From NCBI RefSeq assembly GCF_006345805.1, contig NC_042998.1:38378001-38442000 (forward strand): a stretch of 64,000 bases of DNA, read 5' to 3'. A model generated the notes under the pieces. The model saw nothing but the letters and a program-made list of their open reading frames with translations. It had not been told where the DNA came from and searched no databases. The DNA is from Octopus sinensis. Its lineage: Eukaryota. Position 1 is the stretch's first letter. Each line of letters starts with the position of its first letter. The position numbers and the translations under genes were made by a program. Below are positions 12,430 to 24,419 of this stretch, one piece after another.

Positions 12430-13516
12430 TGCATGTGAATGTGTGTGTGTGTGAACTAAGAGGTGATTAAGGTGTTAGAAGACAAACATTAAAGCTCCAA
12501 TGCATCTCATCTCAAAGCATTAATTAGTTAAGCAACATGGAACACAATTGTTTCTGCTTTGCATTTTTAACTGGAATTTAATTTGGAATTTCTATAATTA
12601 CAGCTGGAATATCAAAATATTGCAGACATTCCTACATTTGTAACCACTGGTAAATGCTATAAAAATATTGATTTCTAACAGTGACATAAGGCATAAATTT
12701 TGAACCAGGAATCAACCAAATTGCTAATTTATTGGATCTCAGAAGCATGAAATCTAAAATCAAAATGTAACAACGACCTAACTAAATACCATAAAAATTA
12801 TTTTGTTTGGGCCTCAATTGGTTCAGTCGTTCATAAGCATTTCTAAAATATTCATAAAACACAGTCACATGCACAAAAACATGTGTTTTTTCAGCTTAAG
12901 CTTTGCAATATGTATTGTGACATATTGTCAATTAAAACTGAAAGTAGAGAAACTTCGACTTTGTCATTGTAACATTCATGTATGACATGGATGATGCAAT
13001 GGGAAAACTTGAGTAGGTGGGAAGAAATAAGCTGTGTTTAGTCTAATGAATTTGCAATTCTAATTTCTCAGACTCAGAGTTCAAGTCAGTAGGAAAAAAT
13101 GGCTTGGCATCAAAATTATTGATTGATATTTGCAGAAAATGCATTTTTATTGCTGATATGCTCTAATGATATACTGCATGAAAGAATGTTATAATTTGCT
13201 GGTAGATAGTTTCCAAAATGACGAAGCAAATTAAGGAAAATATGAGCAGTAAAAACAATCCTGAGAATGTTAAATGTCACAAATGAGGAGGAAACGAGAT
13301 CAAAACAAATGGACATAAGCTGCATTGTGTCTCTTCATAGCAGCATAAAAGTAGAGTTGTTCGAATGAGGGAAGCAGTGATGACATTATAAAGATTTGTA
13401 AAAAGGGCACCAGTCAATATTTTCCATTATATACAGCAGATATCCAGTTTGTAAACTTGAATAAATTGATGCACAGAATTAAGTGTTCTGTCTACAGACA
13501 TAAAATACCCATACTG

Positions 13517-14080
13517 AAGACCTGGGATGAAGTGGTGAAGCACGACCTTCGAAAATTAGGCCTCACCGAGGCAATGACTAGTGACCAAGACCTTTGGAAA
13601 TATGCTGTGCTTGAGAAGACCCGACAAGCCAAATGAGACCATAACCTCATGGCCTATGCCAGGGGTGTAACCAGCCCAATTATGTGTACCATTCCTTCAT
13701 TGGACACTAAACTCTGCTTGAGGCAAAGGAAATTGAAATCGAATTTGATGACTGACATCCGTGCTAGTGGAGCGCTAAGAGCACCATCCGAGCGTGATCG
13801 TTGCCAAAGCATCTAACTGGCTTCCGTGCTGGTGGCACGTAAAAAACACCATTTGAGCCAGTACCGCCTGACTGGCCCTCATGCCAGTGGCACATAAAAG
13901 CACCCACTACACTCTCAGTGATTGGCGTCAGGAAGGGCATCCAGCTGTAGAAACTCTGCCTGATCAGATTGGAGCCTGGTGCAGCGGACTGGCTCACCAG
14001 TCCCCAGTCAAATCGTCCAACCCATGCCAGCATGGAAAGCAGACATTAAATGATGATGATGATGATCATCATCATCATCA
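13517..14080 (+). mobile_element. 5'-truncated RTE LINE 3' end (ORF C-terminus, 3' UTR and (TGA)n tail). It is the parent of the many CATCATCATCGTTTAAC repeats in the window.
   Basis: 13517-13640 encodes TWDEVVKHDLRKLGLTEAMTSDQDLWKYAVLEKTRQAK*. The UTR ends CAGACATTAAATGATGATGATG. The same UTR occurs at about 4680-4950, 9995-10500, 25760-26285, 30520-30665, 32530-33000, 35030-35575, 37415-37900, 38250-38530 and 40945-41175. Confidence 0.75.
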
Positions 14081-16840
14081 TGTATATGTCTTTTTTGCAC
14101 TGTGCCATTGTGGATTCTATAAAGAAATTATCAAACTTTTATAAGATTAATCGATCTTTTCATTAATTGTATTATTTTCTAAGATCATAGTCTACCAGAA
14201 ATTATGAAATTTATGAACAGTTTCTATCCGATTGCCTCAGATGTGTTGGGAGGAGATAACACAGGGCAACAAACAGACCTCTACAGTCCATAGCAACACT
14301 TAACATTGATGAATTATTTTTTAGTTTGTAGTGCACAGTATAATTCCAGCTGGAGATATATTTACCAGCCAAACATGATATTCTGAGATGAGCTTTGGGT
14401 TTTATTGATAGGGAGTTGGGAACTTAGGCTGAGAGCTTAGGCTGACCGAGATCTAAGACTGGCCAGCTGAGAGCTTTGAATGGGGTTCAGCATTGGTGAC
14501 CATTACAGGATATGAATTATTGACTTGTAGCTGTCTCCTCCTTTAAACCATTCACCCAACATTGTCTTCCTTACCTCAAGTCAACAAATCAACTTATAAT
14601 TTTTCTACTTTCACTCAAAATGGTTTTAATCATTCCATTTTATATACCTTTCCAGCAGGAGAATTAAGACATTGACAACGGATTGTTCAGTTCGGTTAGA
14701 TTTATGTAGCTTTCAGTAATAACAATGCCAACAGGTGTTCGCTTGAAATGGTAAGTGCTGTGAAAAGCCGAATTTCAAATTAGAAGAGTCGTATAAAGAG
14801 CCAGCTGTTGTGCACTTTAATAGGTTCAGAAGGCATAAAATAGACATCAAAAATGAACATTTCTAAATCTCATTTTTAATTTCCCTTTAACAAAGAATAA
14901 TTAACATAAACATTATTCTGATATGCTTCTCTATAAGTATTTATTTAATTCCATAACACGTATATTTCTATGTTGACTTTAGAACACTATTCAGAGTTGA
15001 ACAAACACCTGTCTCTCTTTTCAAATAAGATGTTGTCAGTGCTCCAGTATTATTAACGAAACCAACACAGAAAGCAGATTTACACAAATTAAGTATCATC
15101 ACCATCATCATTAAGTGACTGTTTTTTATGCTGCTGCAATGGTTTGGTAGGAGATGGCAAGACAAAAAGCTGCACCCGGTTCCATTGTCTGTTTTGGCAT
15201 AATTTCTACAGCTGGATGCCCTTCCTAATGCCAACCACTTTATAGAGTGTACTGGGGACATTTTTACTGGAAACATCACCAGTACCTTTTACATTGCACC
15301 AGAACCAGTGCATTTTATGTGGCACTGGCACCAGTGTTTCTTACTTGAAGCCAATGATTTTTTTTATGTGGGACTGTCACCAATGCTTTTTATGCACCAC
15401 CAGTGCTTTTTACGTGACACCAGCCCCAATGCTTTTTATGTGAGTCACCAGTGCTGTGTGGTCTGCTTAATTTCTGTAGTTTCTTCTATAGAAATATTTC
15501 CAGGAAAGGAGTTTGTAGTTTTCTTATCACTTTTAAAATGCAAACAATAAATCCTTTTTCATAGACTGAAAATTGTGTGCAGCTTTCTTATGTAATCTTT
15601 CACATTTTGTTTATGTTTGAGAGACAATTTTACTAAGAAATGTTTTCATTTGATTTTTTTAATGCCAAATAACAAATATCAAAGTGCATAATTTTTTCCC
15701 TGCTGTCCTTGTCCTTCCAGACGAAACATTCTAACATATTTATACCTGTTCTATTTCTCCCTTGTTCCTTCAATATTCAGTTGCCCTTAAGTATGTTATT
15801 GTTGGTTCTGTACATAGTACCAGATGAGATTTGAACCAAGAATCTTTTATTCTAAACTTTGAGTTAGTGGTCTAGCAGGTAAATTGTTTCTAAACAAACA
15901 CCTTATCCACTAGACCACTAGTGGTGGTCATATCTATCCTTGGTTTAGAACTTATGGTAATATATTCACCTGCTATGTGCATATTCATGAATAAAACTCC
16001 TGATACTGTTTCTTGGAGATCAAACTGATTGAAACGGTGCAGACTTAAAAAAAACAATTCATTTGTAAAATTAATCGAAAAATGTCATTTTCTTGCAACT
16101 TCAGAGATTTATTTATTTTCTTGTACAATAAACTCTGAAGAGATGCTGCAACTTTGTGGCCAAGTTTCTGAGCTGTTGGCCTTTTCTCTTTTTCCTATCA
16201 ATTTCCATCAGATCAGTGGTGTATGGAGAACAGATAAGCCTGATGTAATATATTGGTAGGCTTAATGCATGTGTGCTTGTTCTGTTCTTCTACATTTAAC
16301 AGCTGTGGTTTCAAGTGTATAATTTTCATACGACTACACATTTGTCCTTAGATATAAAACATTTCAATATATTTACATTGATATCATTTTCCCATTATTG
16401 GTTTATCTTCTTCTTCGCTGTTGCTGAATGAGTTTGTTATATCAGACAAGACTAAGGCTAGGAAACTATATTTCTAAACTTTGAGTGGTAAAAGCATTTA
16501 ATTCTAGTTACCTTAGTCTACTTAACTGATAAACAGGTTCACTGGTTACTTCACTTTCAACAGATTTTGAAGAAGGCATTTAGCTGGTCGTTAAAGTGAA
16601 CAGCATACGACATGCAAGTAGCTTGAATATATAATAAAACATATGAAAATATTCATTGCCACAGGTGCAGGCTTTATAGGCACGGGAGTGGCTGTGTGAT
16701 AAGAAGCTTGCTTCCCAACCTCATGGTTCTGGGTTCAGTCCCACTGTGTGGCACCTGGGGCAAGTGTCTTCTATCAAAGCTTCAGGCCAAACAAAGCTTT
16801 GTAAGCGGATGTGATAGACAGAAACTGAAAGAAGCCTGTC

Positions 16841-16891
<51 letters not shown>

Positions 16892-17000
16892 TGCATGTAT
16901 TTGTGTGTCTGTGCTTATCCCCCCACCATCACTTGACAATCGATGTTGGTGTGTTTACGTCTCTGTAACTTAGCGGTTTGGCAAAAGAGACCAATAGAAT

Positions 17001-17417
17001 TGTAACGTGAAAGGATCTATCATCGAAGCACTGGCAGGGTGTCGAGATCCTTTCTAGTCACATACAAAAATCTTGTAGAAAACAAACAGACGAAACTCAG
17101 GTTAAAGGTGAACAGACAACTTGGTTTATTGATTCATGGTTGTACGTTGTCTGATGGGGGAATAGACAGCCTCTGATATACTGCTGGTGTTGGTCGTTGA
17201 GGTTGGTTGAAGTTGGTTGAAGTTGGTGTGTGGCTGTCAGAGCCAGGAAAACCGTGACCGATCGCAGTGCTGTCTTGAGCCGAAGAGAGAGATTTGAGGT
17301 TCGCGGGCTCGAGAGATGTTTTCCCGCACATGCGCATGGGGAAGACTTCCGGTGGCCACCCGGAAGTAGTCCCATTCTGCGCATGCGCGCCGAACCCTAC
17401 ACTGTAGCATCACTACA
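17001..17417 (-). repeat. 3' LTR (417 bp)
   Basis: Minus strand reads TGTAGTGATG...CACGTTACA. By eye identical to 21617-22032 except A5 versus A4 near 17066. Confidence 0.97.
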
Positions 17418-17429
17418 GGGCTCCCCTCC
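17418..17429 (-). promoter_or_regulatory. Polypurine tract
   Basis: GGAGGGGAGCCC on the minus strand, directly abutting the 3' LTR. Confidence 0.9.
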
Positions 17430-17542
17430 GAGTGCGAAGTACGGCAACCAGAATATTGTGGTGGTGCTGCAGAAAACAGAAGGCTTGCCGATCCCCCAGA
17501 AGACTTGGTACATACTATTATACAATAAGAAACATTTTAAAG

Positions 17543-20500
17543 TTAAATGTAAATTGTTTTTGAAAGTTTCTTGGGCCAATGCACTGTTCTGCCCGATTTT
17601 GTAACATACGGTGTGCTCGGGGCACCCGTTGACGGCGAGGGTGGTGTTGTAGGAGCCGGTGAAGGTGTTTGTGCAGGTGAAGGCGTTTGTGCAGGTGAAA
17701 GTGTTGTTAAAGGTGCATAGGTGGGTGTGTCAAGGTTGTCATCAAAAGATGAAGACGTCTCAAAATGTGCTTTTTTAAACGGTCCACGGAAACGGTCTCC
17801 GAACGACCATTTATCTCAATCGTGAAAACCTTTGGTGTGCGAGAAAGCACACGAAAAGGTCCTTTATAGGGAGAAACAAGTGGGCCCTTCACAGAATCGT
17901 CCCGAACAAAAACATGCGACCAGGTGTTCATATCCGGTGGAAGATGGGACGGTGGAGATTGCTTTCTGGGAAGCATGGGCGGAAGGTTTGAAAAATATTC
18001 CCGCAGTCTGGTGACATAGGTCGCCGGATCATGGGGCGGGGAAGTGTCTGGCACCAACATCGTACCGGGCAATGCCAGTGTGGTACCATACAGCAGCTCT
18101 GCAGCAGAAAATCCCAGGTCTGCCTTGACAGCAGTCCGACAGCCGAGAAGCACAATGGGCAGAAATTCGATCCAGGACTGTGGGTCCGAAGAGGCACGAA
18201 GAGCGGCCTTGAGCTGTCTATGGAACCGCTCAACCAATCCATTAGACGCTGGATGGTAGCTTGTGGTGTGGATATGGTGCATACCCAAAATTCGCGACAA
18301 TTCGCGAAATAGCGAGGCCTCAAACTGTCGTCCACGATCAGTTGTCAATCGGGACGGGACTCCGAAGCGAGAAATCCAGTTTGAAACGAAAGCTCGCGCA
18401 ACAGTCTCAGCAGAAATGTCTGCTATCGGAATGGCTTCTGGCCAGCGGGAGAAACGATCGACACAAGTTAATAGATAAGAGAACCCGCGACTCACAGGCC
18501 ATGGTCCAACCAGATCGATGTGGACATGGCGAAAACGGGCCTCCGTGGGGGGAAATTGTCCAAGCGGGGCACGAACGTGCCGTTGAATCTTGGATCGTTG
18601 ACACTTGGAGCAGGTGCGTGTCCAACAAGTAATTGTGCGACGCATATTCGGCCAGAAAAACCGAGCAGTGATTAGTTTGAGGGTGGCAGCGATGCCAGGA
18701 TGTGATAAGGAGTGCAGTGCTTCAAACACTGAGCGTTGATGGGTCTCAGGCACCAGTGGCCTGGGAGATCCAGTTGAAGTGTCACAAAGAATGGTGCCTT
18801 CGGCTGACGGAAGCGGAAGGTAGGAAAACTGGCAACAGGAGAACTTGGGAGAAGTTAAATCTAACGACGCCAAAGGTGGCTGCTCCTGCGATATGGCAGC
18901 TAAGTCGATAGCAGCAGGAGACGAAAGGGCGCAAACTGGAAGGCGAGAGAGAGCGTCAGCAGGAACGTTCTCTTTTCCAGGTATGTGTCGAATGTTGCTA
19001 GTAAATTGAGAGATAAAATCCAGGTGCCGAAAAGCACGGGGTGAGAGTTTGTCCGTTTTTTAAAACAGGGCAAACGTAAGGGGCTTGTGATCCGTATAGA
19101 TCACAAAATCTCGCCCTTCAAGTTGATGCTGGAAATGACGAACCGATAGATAGATCGCTAGGAGCTCACGATCAAAGGTGCTGTATCGTCGTTCAGCTGG
19201 TTGCAGTTGACGGGAAAAGAAGGCTAGAGGTCGAACATGGTCATCCACTGTGTGTTGTAACACAGCGCCAATCGCAGTGTCCGATGCGTCCACAGTCAAA
19301 GAGAGAGAAGCACCAGGAACTGGATGTGCAAGCAAAGAAACAGAAGCCAGCTCCTTCTTAATGGACTCAAAGGCTGTCACTGCCTCAACAGAGAGGGTGA
19401 CTTGACTGTCCTTTCTAGGAGAGTCCTTTAACAGCCTGGTGAGAGGTAGCAGCTTATCTGCACAACCGGGAATGAAGCGTCGGTAGAAATTGACCATCCC
19501 TAGATAATGCCTGAGCTGGCGCAAGGAAGTGGGGGGTGCGATGCGTTGAATGGCATCGACTTTTGACGAGAGGGGGCTGATTCCAGTCGAATCAATATGA
19601 TGCCCTAGAAAATCTAGGGAAGAGCGTCCGAAAACACACTTGTCGGGGTTTATGCGTATGCTATACGCGCGAAGACGCTGGAAGAGTTGAGAAAGGTGCC
19701 GGAGATGATTTTCTCGTGTGTCGCTCGCAATGAGTATGTCATCGACATAGGCAAACACAAAATCAAGACCGCGGACAACCTCATCAATGAAACGCTGGAA
19801 GGTGCTAGTAGCATTCCGCAAACCGAAACTCATGTACAAAAACTCAAAACACCCAAACGGGGTAGTGATTGCAGTTTTTGGAACGTCGGCTGGGTTGACC
19901 GGTATTTGGTGGTAAGCGCGTATCAGATCGACCTTCGAAAAAAATGGTACAACCATGGAGATTTGCTGTAAAGTCCCGGAGATTTCTAATCGGATAGCGA
20001 TCGGCTATTGTGACGGCATTGAGGCGTCGATAGTCTCCAACCGGGCGAAAATCAGACTCGCCCTTTCGCGCCAAATGAAGGGGAGATGCCCATGGGCTGG
20101 TGGAGGGGCGTATAAGGCCAAGTTGAAGCATGTGCTCAAACTCGGCTCTGGCCGTTTTTAGTCGGTCTGGCGCTAGGCGCCGGGGGCGTGAGAATACAGG
20201 TGGCCCATTGGTGGTGATGAAATGGAGGGTCGAGTGGGTAGGATTTTCCGGTTTAAAGGCAATGTCCACTAGCTCCGGAAATGAAACCAAAAGAGAGTGA
20301 AATGGGTCTCCAGAGGTGGCAACAAAGAATGTCGGGCTAAGGACCGCAGTGGTGGAACTCCCAGTCGGTGTAGAGAGCGACGTCGTGCTATCAAGAAGCC
20401 TCCGACGCCTGACATCCACCAATAGGTTAAACCTATCCAGGAAATCAGCGCCGAGAATAGGATGTGGGATGTCAGCGATGACGAAAACCCATCGAAAGTC

Positions 20501-20785
20501 TCGGCGAAGGTTGAGGTTGAGGCGCAGCGAAACCTGACCGTAAGTGGTTATGGGAGACGAGTCAATAGCATGCAAGACAATCGAAGAGCGCTTCGGCTTG
20601 TCTGCAGCCAGACGAAGGGGCCAGATGCTGCAACAGGAACCGGTGTCTACCATGAAGAATGTCTTCGACACCAGATCTTTTACATAGAATGCACGATGTT
20701 TGGGAAACGAGATGGAAGAAGGTGACGTGCTCACCTCCTCCGGATTTAGTTTTCCGAGGGCTTGAAAGTGCACGGCTGGGTACAC
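17543..20785 (-). pseudogene. pol: Gypsy pol (protease, RT, RNase H, integrase) with two frameshifts and one in-frame stop as assembled
   Basis: Protease VDTGS; RT YVDD; RNase H DAS..ELLA..TDHKPL; integrase HHCC (HSLSHPG..CSKC), D-D-E (HIDLVGP, TDRG, NGLVE) and GPF. Lesions: extra base in A7 at 19938-19944, TAA at 19060-19062, missing base in T6 at 17771-17776. The corrected C-terminus ends VTKSGRTVHWPKKLSKTIYI* at 17543. Confidence 0.95.
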
Positions 20786-21228
20786 CGATCTGCCCTTTTG
20801 GTAGAGCGACTACGACTGCGTTGTCGGCGCTCGATCGCACGGGATAGATCGTCGATTCGCCGCGTGAGCGCATCAATCCGCTCGGCTAGTGAAATTTGCG
20901 CAGGGCCCCCTATACATGCACAGAGGCCTCGCGATGGAGATGGATTCGGAAATTCCAGTATTCCATCGGCCATCGTGGCAATCTGAATATTGCTCTCCCC
21001 CGAACGTGTGTTGCGGCGGAGGATTTCTGCTTTCACAGACGCGTATGTGGCATCCGGGTGGGGACTTATTATTAGATCCCTGATCGATGCGGCGAGTCGG
21101 GGATGTAAGCCGGAATATAGCAGGTGCAACTGCTGCTGTGGAGAAATGGCATGTGCAACAAAATACCACTCCACTTGGGCAAACCACAGGCCCATATCCC
21201 CCGTAAATGAAGGCAAACCTGAAGCCAT
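20746..21228 (-). CDS. gag: Gypsy gag, short (160 aa), apparently with internal deletions
   Basis: LPSF...LWFAQVE..F N-terminus and RSRSRS..CTQPCTF tail typical of this gag class. Located between the PBS and pol. Confidence 0.85.
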   Translation of the reverse strand: MASGLPSFTGDMGLWFAQVEWYFVAHAISPQQQLHLLYSGLHPRLAASIRDLIISPHPDATYASVKAEILRRNTRSGESNIQIATMADGILEFPNPSPSRGLCACIGGPAQISLAERIDALTRRIDDLSRAIERRQRSRSRSTKRADRCTQPCTFKPSEN

Positions 21229-21604
21229 GCCTTTGTCGGAAGGAATCTGTGAGAAGGGGGCAGAAGGTATGGTCTAGAAGTGGAGAGAGAACACGTGGAA
21301 CCGAGAAGGCAATTCAAAATTGTGTTTGTGTGTGCACCTCGTGGGTAGCAAAAAAAGGAATAAGTGTGTACAAGGAAAACAAAATACAGAAAAGGAAAAA
21401 AAAAATGAATGTGTGTGTGTTTCTTTTTTCTTTGTTTTTTTTTTTTTTTTTTTTGTACTGTGTGCGATGAATAAGGCTATTTTACCCACCTCGCCGTGCT
21501 GAAAAGGAGAAAATAGGAAAATAAATGTGAATTTCCGCGCTCTTCGGCCCCAAAAAAAAACCTGTTCGCTGTGTCTTCTTCTATCCTGTTCTTTTTCTCA
21601 ACTA

Positions 21605-21614
21605 GGGGTCACCA
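21605..21614 (-). promoter_or_regulatory. Primer-binding site complementary to the tRNA-Trp 3' end
   Basis: TGGTGACCCC, 2 nt inside the 5' LTR. It matches the animal tRNA-Trp end GGGGUCA-CCA (from recall). Confidence 0.85.
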
Positions 21615-21616
21615 AT

Positions 21617-22032
21617 TGTAACGTGAAAGGATCTATCATCGAAGCACTGGCAGGGTGTCGAGATCCTTTCTAGTCACATACAAAATCTTGTAGAAAACAA
21701 ACAGACGAAACTCAGGTTAAAGGTGAACAGACAACTTGGTTTATTGATTCATGGTTGTACGTTGTCTGATGGGGGAATAGACAGCCTCTGATATACTGCT
21801 GGTGTTGGTCGTTGAGGTTGGTTGAAGTTGGTTGAAGTTGGTGTGTGGCTGTCAGAGCCAGGAAAACCGTGACCGATCGCAGTGCTGTCTTGAGCCGAAG
21901 AGAGAGATTTGAGGTTCGCGGGCTCGAGAGATGTTTTCCCGCACATGCGCATGGGGAAGACTTCCGGTGGCCACCCGGAAGTAGTCCCATTCTGCGCATG
22001 CGCGCCGAACCCTACACTGTAGCATCACTACA
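21617..22032 (-). repeat. 5' LTR (416 bp)
   Basis: Direct repeat of 17001-17417. The ORF track gives identical spurious peptides in both copies. Confidence 0.97.
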
Positions 22033-24419
22033 GAATAATAAGTACTAGGCTTACAAAGAGTAAGTCAATTTGTTCGACTAAAGATGGTGCTCCAGCATGG
22101 CCACTGTCAAATGACTGAAACAAGTAAGAGAATAAAAGAAAACCTCCGATAATTCAAAAATTGATCTGAAATAGTTAAAGAAAATGAAAATGAAAAAAAA
22201 AAAAGAAATAGAAAAGTTGCCAGACTATGCTTTAATTGTCAAGGAGAATGACGTATGCTCTTAGATTCTGTATATGAAGTCAGGTAAATGTGGAACTGGT
22301 TGACTTTGGCTTCGTGAGGAATGTAGAAGATAAAAATCAATCACTATTACCAACATTATTAGCTTCAGTCAGTGCTGCGAATTTCAAATGGACAGATTAA
22401 TGCTTATGATTATGGCTTCTTTTTGCATCACTCACTAATCTTATTTTTTAATGATTTCCATCTCCAATTATTCATGTTAAATACAGATCAATGATAATTA
22501 ACCACCAACCTAAATCCATTTCTATGATGATAATTTCTTTTTTTTTTATTCTGTTACCTTCATCTGTTCAGTAGGTTGAGATTGGCTCAGCCTTGCATCC
22601 TAGTGTGATAGCTTAATTTTGAATACATATAGGTGTGCACACACTCACATCATCTTCATCATCATCATCATTCTCATGTTTATCATTAAACATCCCTGTT
22701 CCTTGCTGGCATGGATTGGATGGTTCGACAGTAGTTGACATGGCCAGGAGCTGCACCAGGTTCCATTCTCTCTTTGGCATGGTTTCTACAGCTGGATGCC
22801 ATTCCTAATGCCAATCACTTTATCAAGTGTATTGAGAGCATTTTCCATGGCACCAGCTCTAAGGCTTATGTGGCACTAGCACCATTGCTTTTTATGTGGT
22901 ACCAACACCAGTGTTTTTACATGGCCCCAGCATCAGTGCAATTAATGTGGCTCCATCACCATGGCATTTTACATGGCACCAGCATCAGGGCTTTTTATAT
23001 GGCACCAGTGCTTTTCATGTGGTACCAGCTCCAGGGCTTTACACACATTGTATTAATTTGTAAATGTTGGTGAGGTTGCATTGGTATGCTATAGTCTTCA
23101 GATCTCTGCACAAGAAGAAACTGGAAACAGTTATGTCAGATCTTGGAAGTCTTTCCTAAAAATGTTCTTTTGTTACACATGAGAATGGCAGAACTAATAT
23201 AACTAGGGTCTTCATTCTAGAAACACTGGCTTCTTTGCATTTTTTCTTTTTTTCACTGATGTTTACATCCATCACCATATGCATTATGGAAATATGTATA
23301 CAGGCATATATAAATTCAATTGGTTTCTGCACAGTGTCTGTTTACCAAATTCCACTGACAAGGCATCAATTAATTTGAGTTTTATGGTATGAAGCACTCG
23401 CCCAGTATGCCATACAGGACATTGAAACCAGAACTACATTGCTGCTAATTGAACAGCCATGCCCGAACCACATATTACATTGTCATTGGATTGAAATTAG
23501 ATACTGAAGTAATTATTATTGCTTAACGAGTAACACAAATTCTGTAGTTGTGTAATCTAAATGTCTCATATTTCTAAAATGAAAACCTGCAAATCTACAC
23601 ACACACACACACATACACATTTGTGCTTGAGTGACCAGAATATCACTCTCTCTTTCCAAACAATCAAAACACTTTCAGATGTACACTGTATCCATGTGGA
23701 CAGACATAACAACAATCAATCAAGCATCGTCCTTGACATTTCCATCATCTGTTTGAGAGTGATTTCTTCACCATTAGTCAAAAGATTAAAAACCACCACA
23801 GAAGCCTGCCCCACTTTCTCACTAGAATACTTAATGCTTTTAGGGGTCAACTCCTTAATGCATTCACTTTTATAGCACACCCATTTCTCTTTGGTTACAA
23901 ATGGAGATATTGTTCAGTATTTCTTGCAGTTAATATATGAAGAAGGATTTTGACTGCAAGAAAATTTTGAATATCTCCATTTGTAACTAAAGAAAAAAAA
24001 ATGTCAGGTAGGGTTGAAGGTGGCAGTTTCATTAGCACATTAGTAACAGTTTGCTCATCTCTATGTTCTGAGTTCAAATTCCATCAAGGCCAGCTTTGCC
24101 TTTCATCCTTTCAGGGTCGATAAAATAAGTACCAGTTAAACACTGGGGTCAATGTAATCAACTCCCTCCCTCCCCCAAACTTGCTGGCCTTATGCCAAAG
24201 TTTGAAACCAATATGTTTGGTAGGATGATTTCTTTATCATTTCTTTGCAAATAATTCTACAAAGTTCTTATGGTTCTCTCACAATATCAGAAAGACATAT
24301 TTCAAAGTGTGCATATCACTATAGTCTGCGGTATGATTTTTTTCTGTTCAGTTTTCATTTAAAATTCTTTGGCAACTTATGCCTGTCTTTTCCAATTTAA
24401 TCTTCACATGCTTTCTTCT

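Larger units (their letters stand above)
17001..22032 (-). mobile_element. Full-length Ty3/Gypsy LTR retrotransposon, 5032 bp, no env or chromodomain evident, antisense in the HLCS intron
   Basis: TG..CA LTRs, 4-bp TSD GAAT (16997-17000 and 22033-22036), PBS, PPT, and gag-PR-RT-RH-IN domain order. Confidence 0.98.
16681..22140 (+). mobile_element. Host SINE split by the Gypsy insertion (halves 16681-17000 and 22033-22140)
   Basis: The SINE motif GAGACCAATAGAAT..AAGTACTAGGCTTACAAAG resumes immediately after the right LTR. Confidence 0.85.

Noticed and set aside
14658-14750. Exon-like segment (TTTCCAG..ATG CCA ACA..TG|GTAAGT) inside the large intron
   Set aside because: All three full-length frames contain stops, and no compatible downstream exon or homology was found.
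16212-16255. 44-nt AG..GT segment reading ISGVWRTDKPDVIY
   Set aside because: It would shift the HLCS frame, has no recognisable homology, and the flanking HLCS exons already join seamlessly.
17097-22048. Many antisense and alternate-frame ORFs over the Gypsy element and its LTRs
   Set aside because: They are shadows of GC-richer gag/pol and LTR sequence with no independent motifs.
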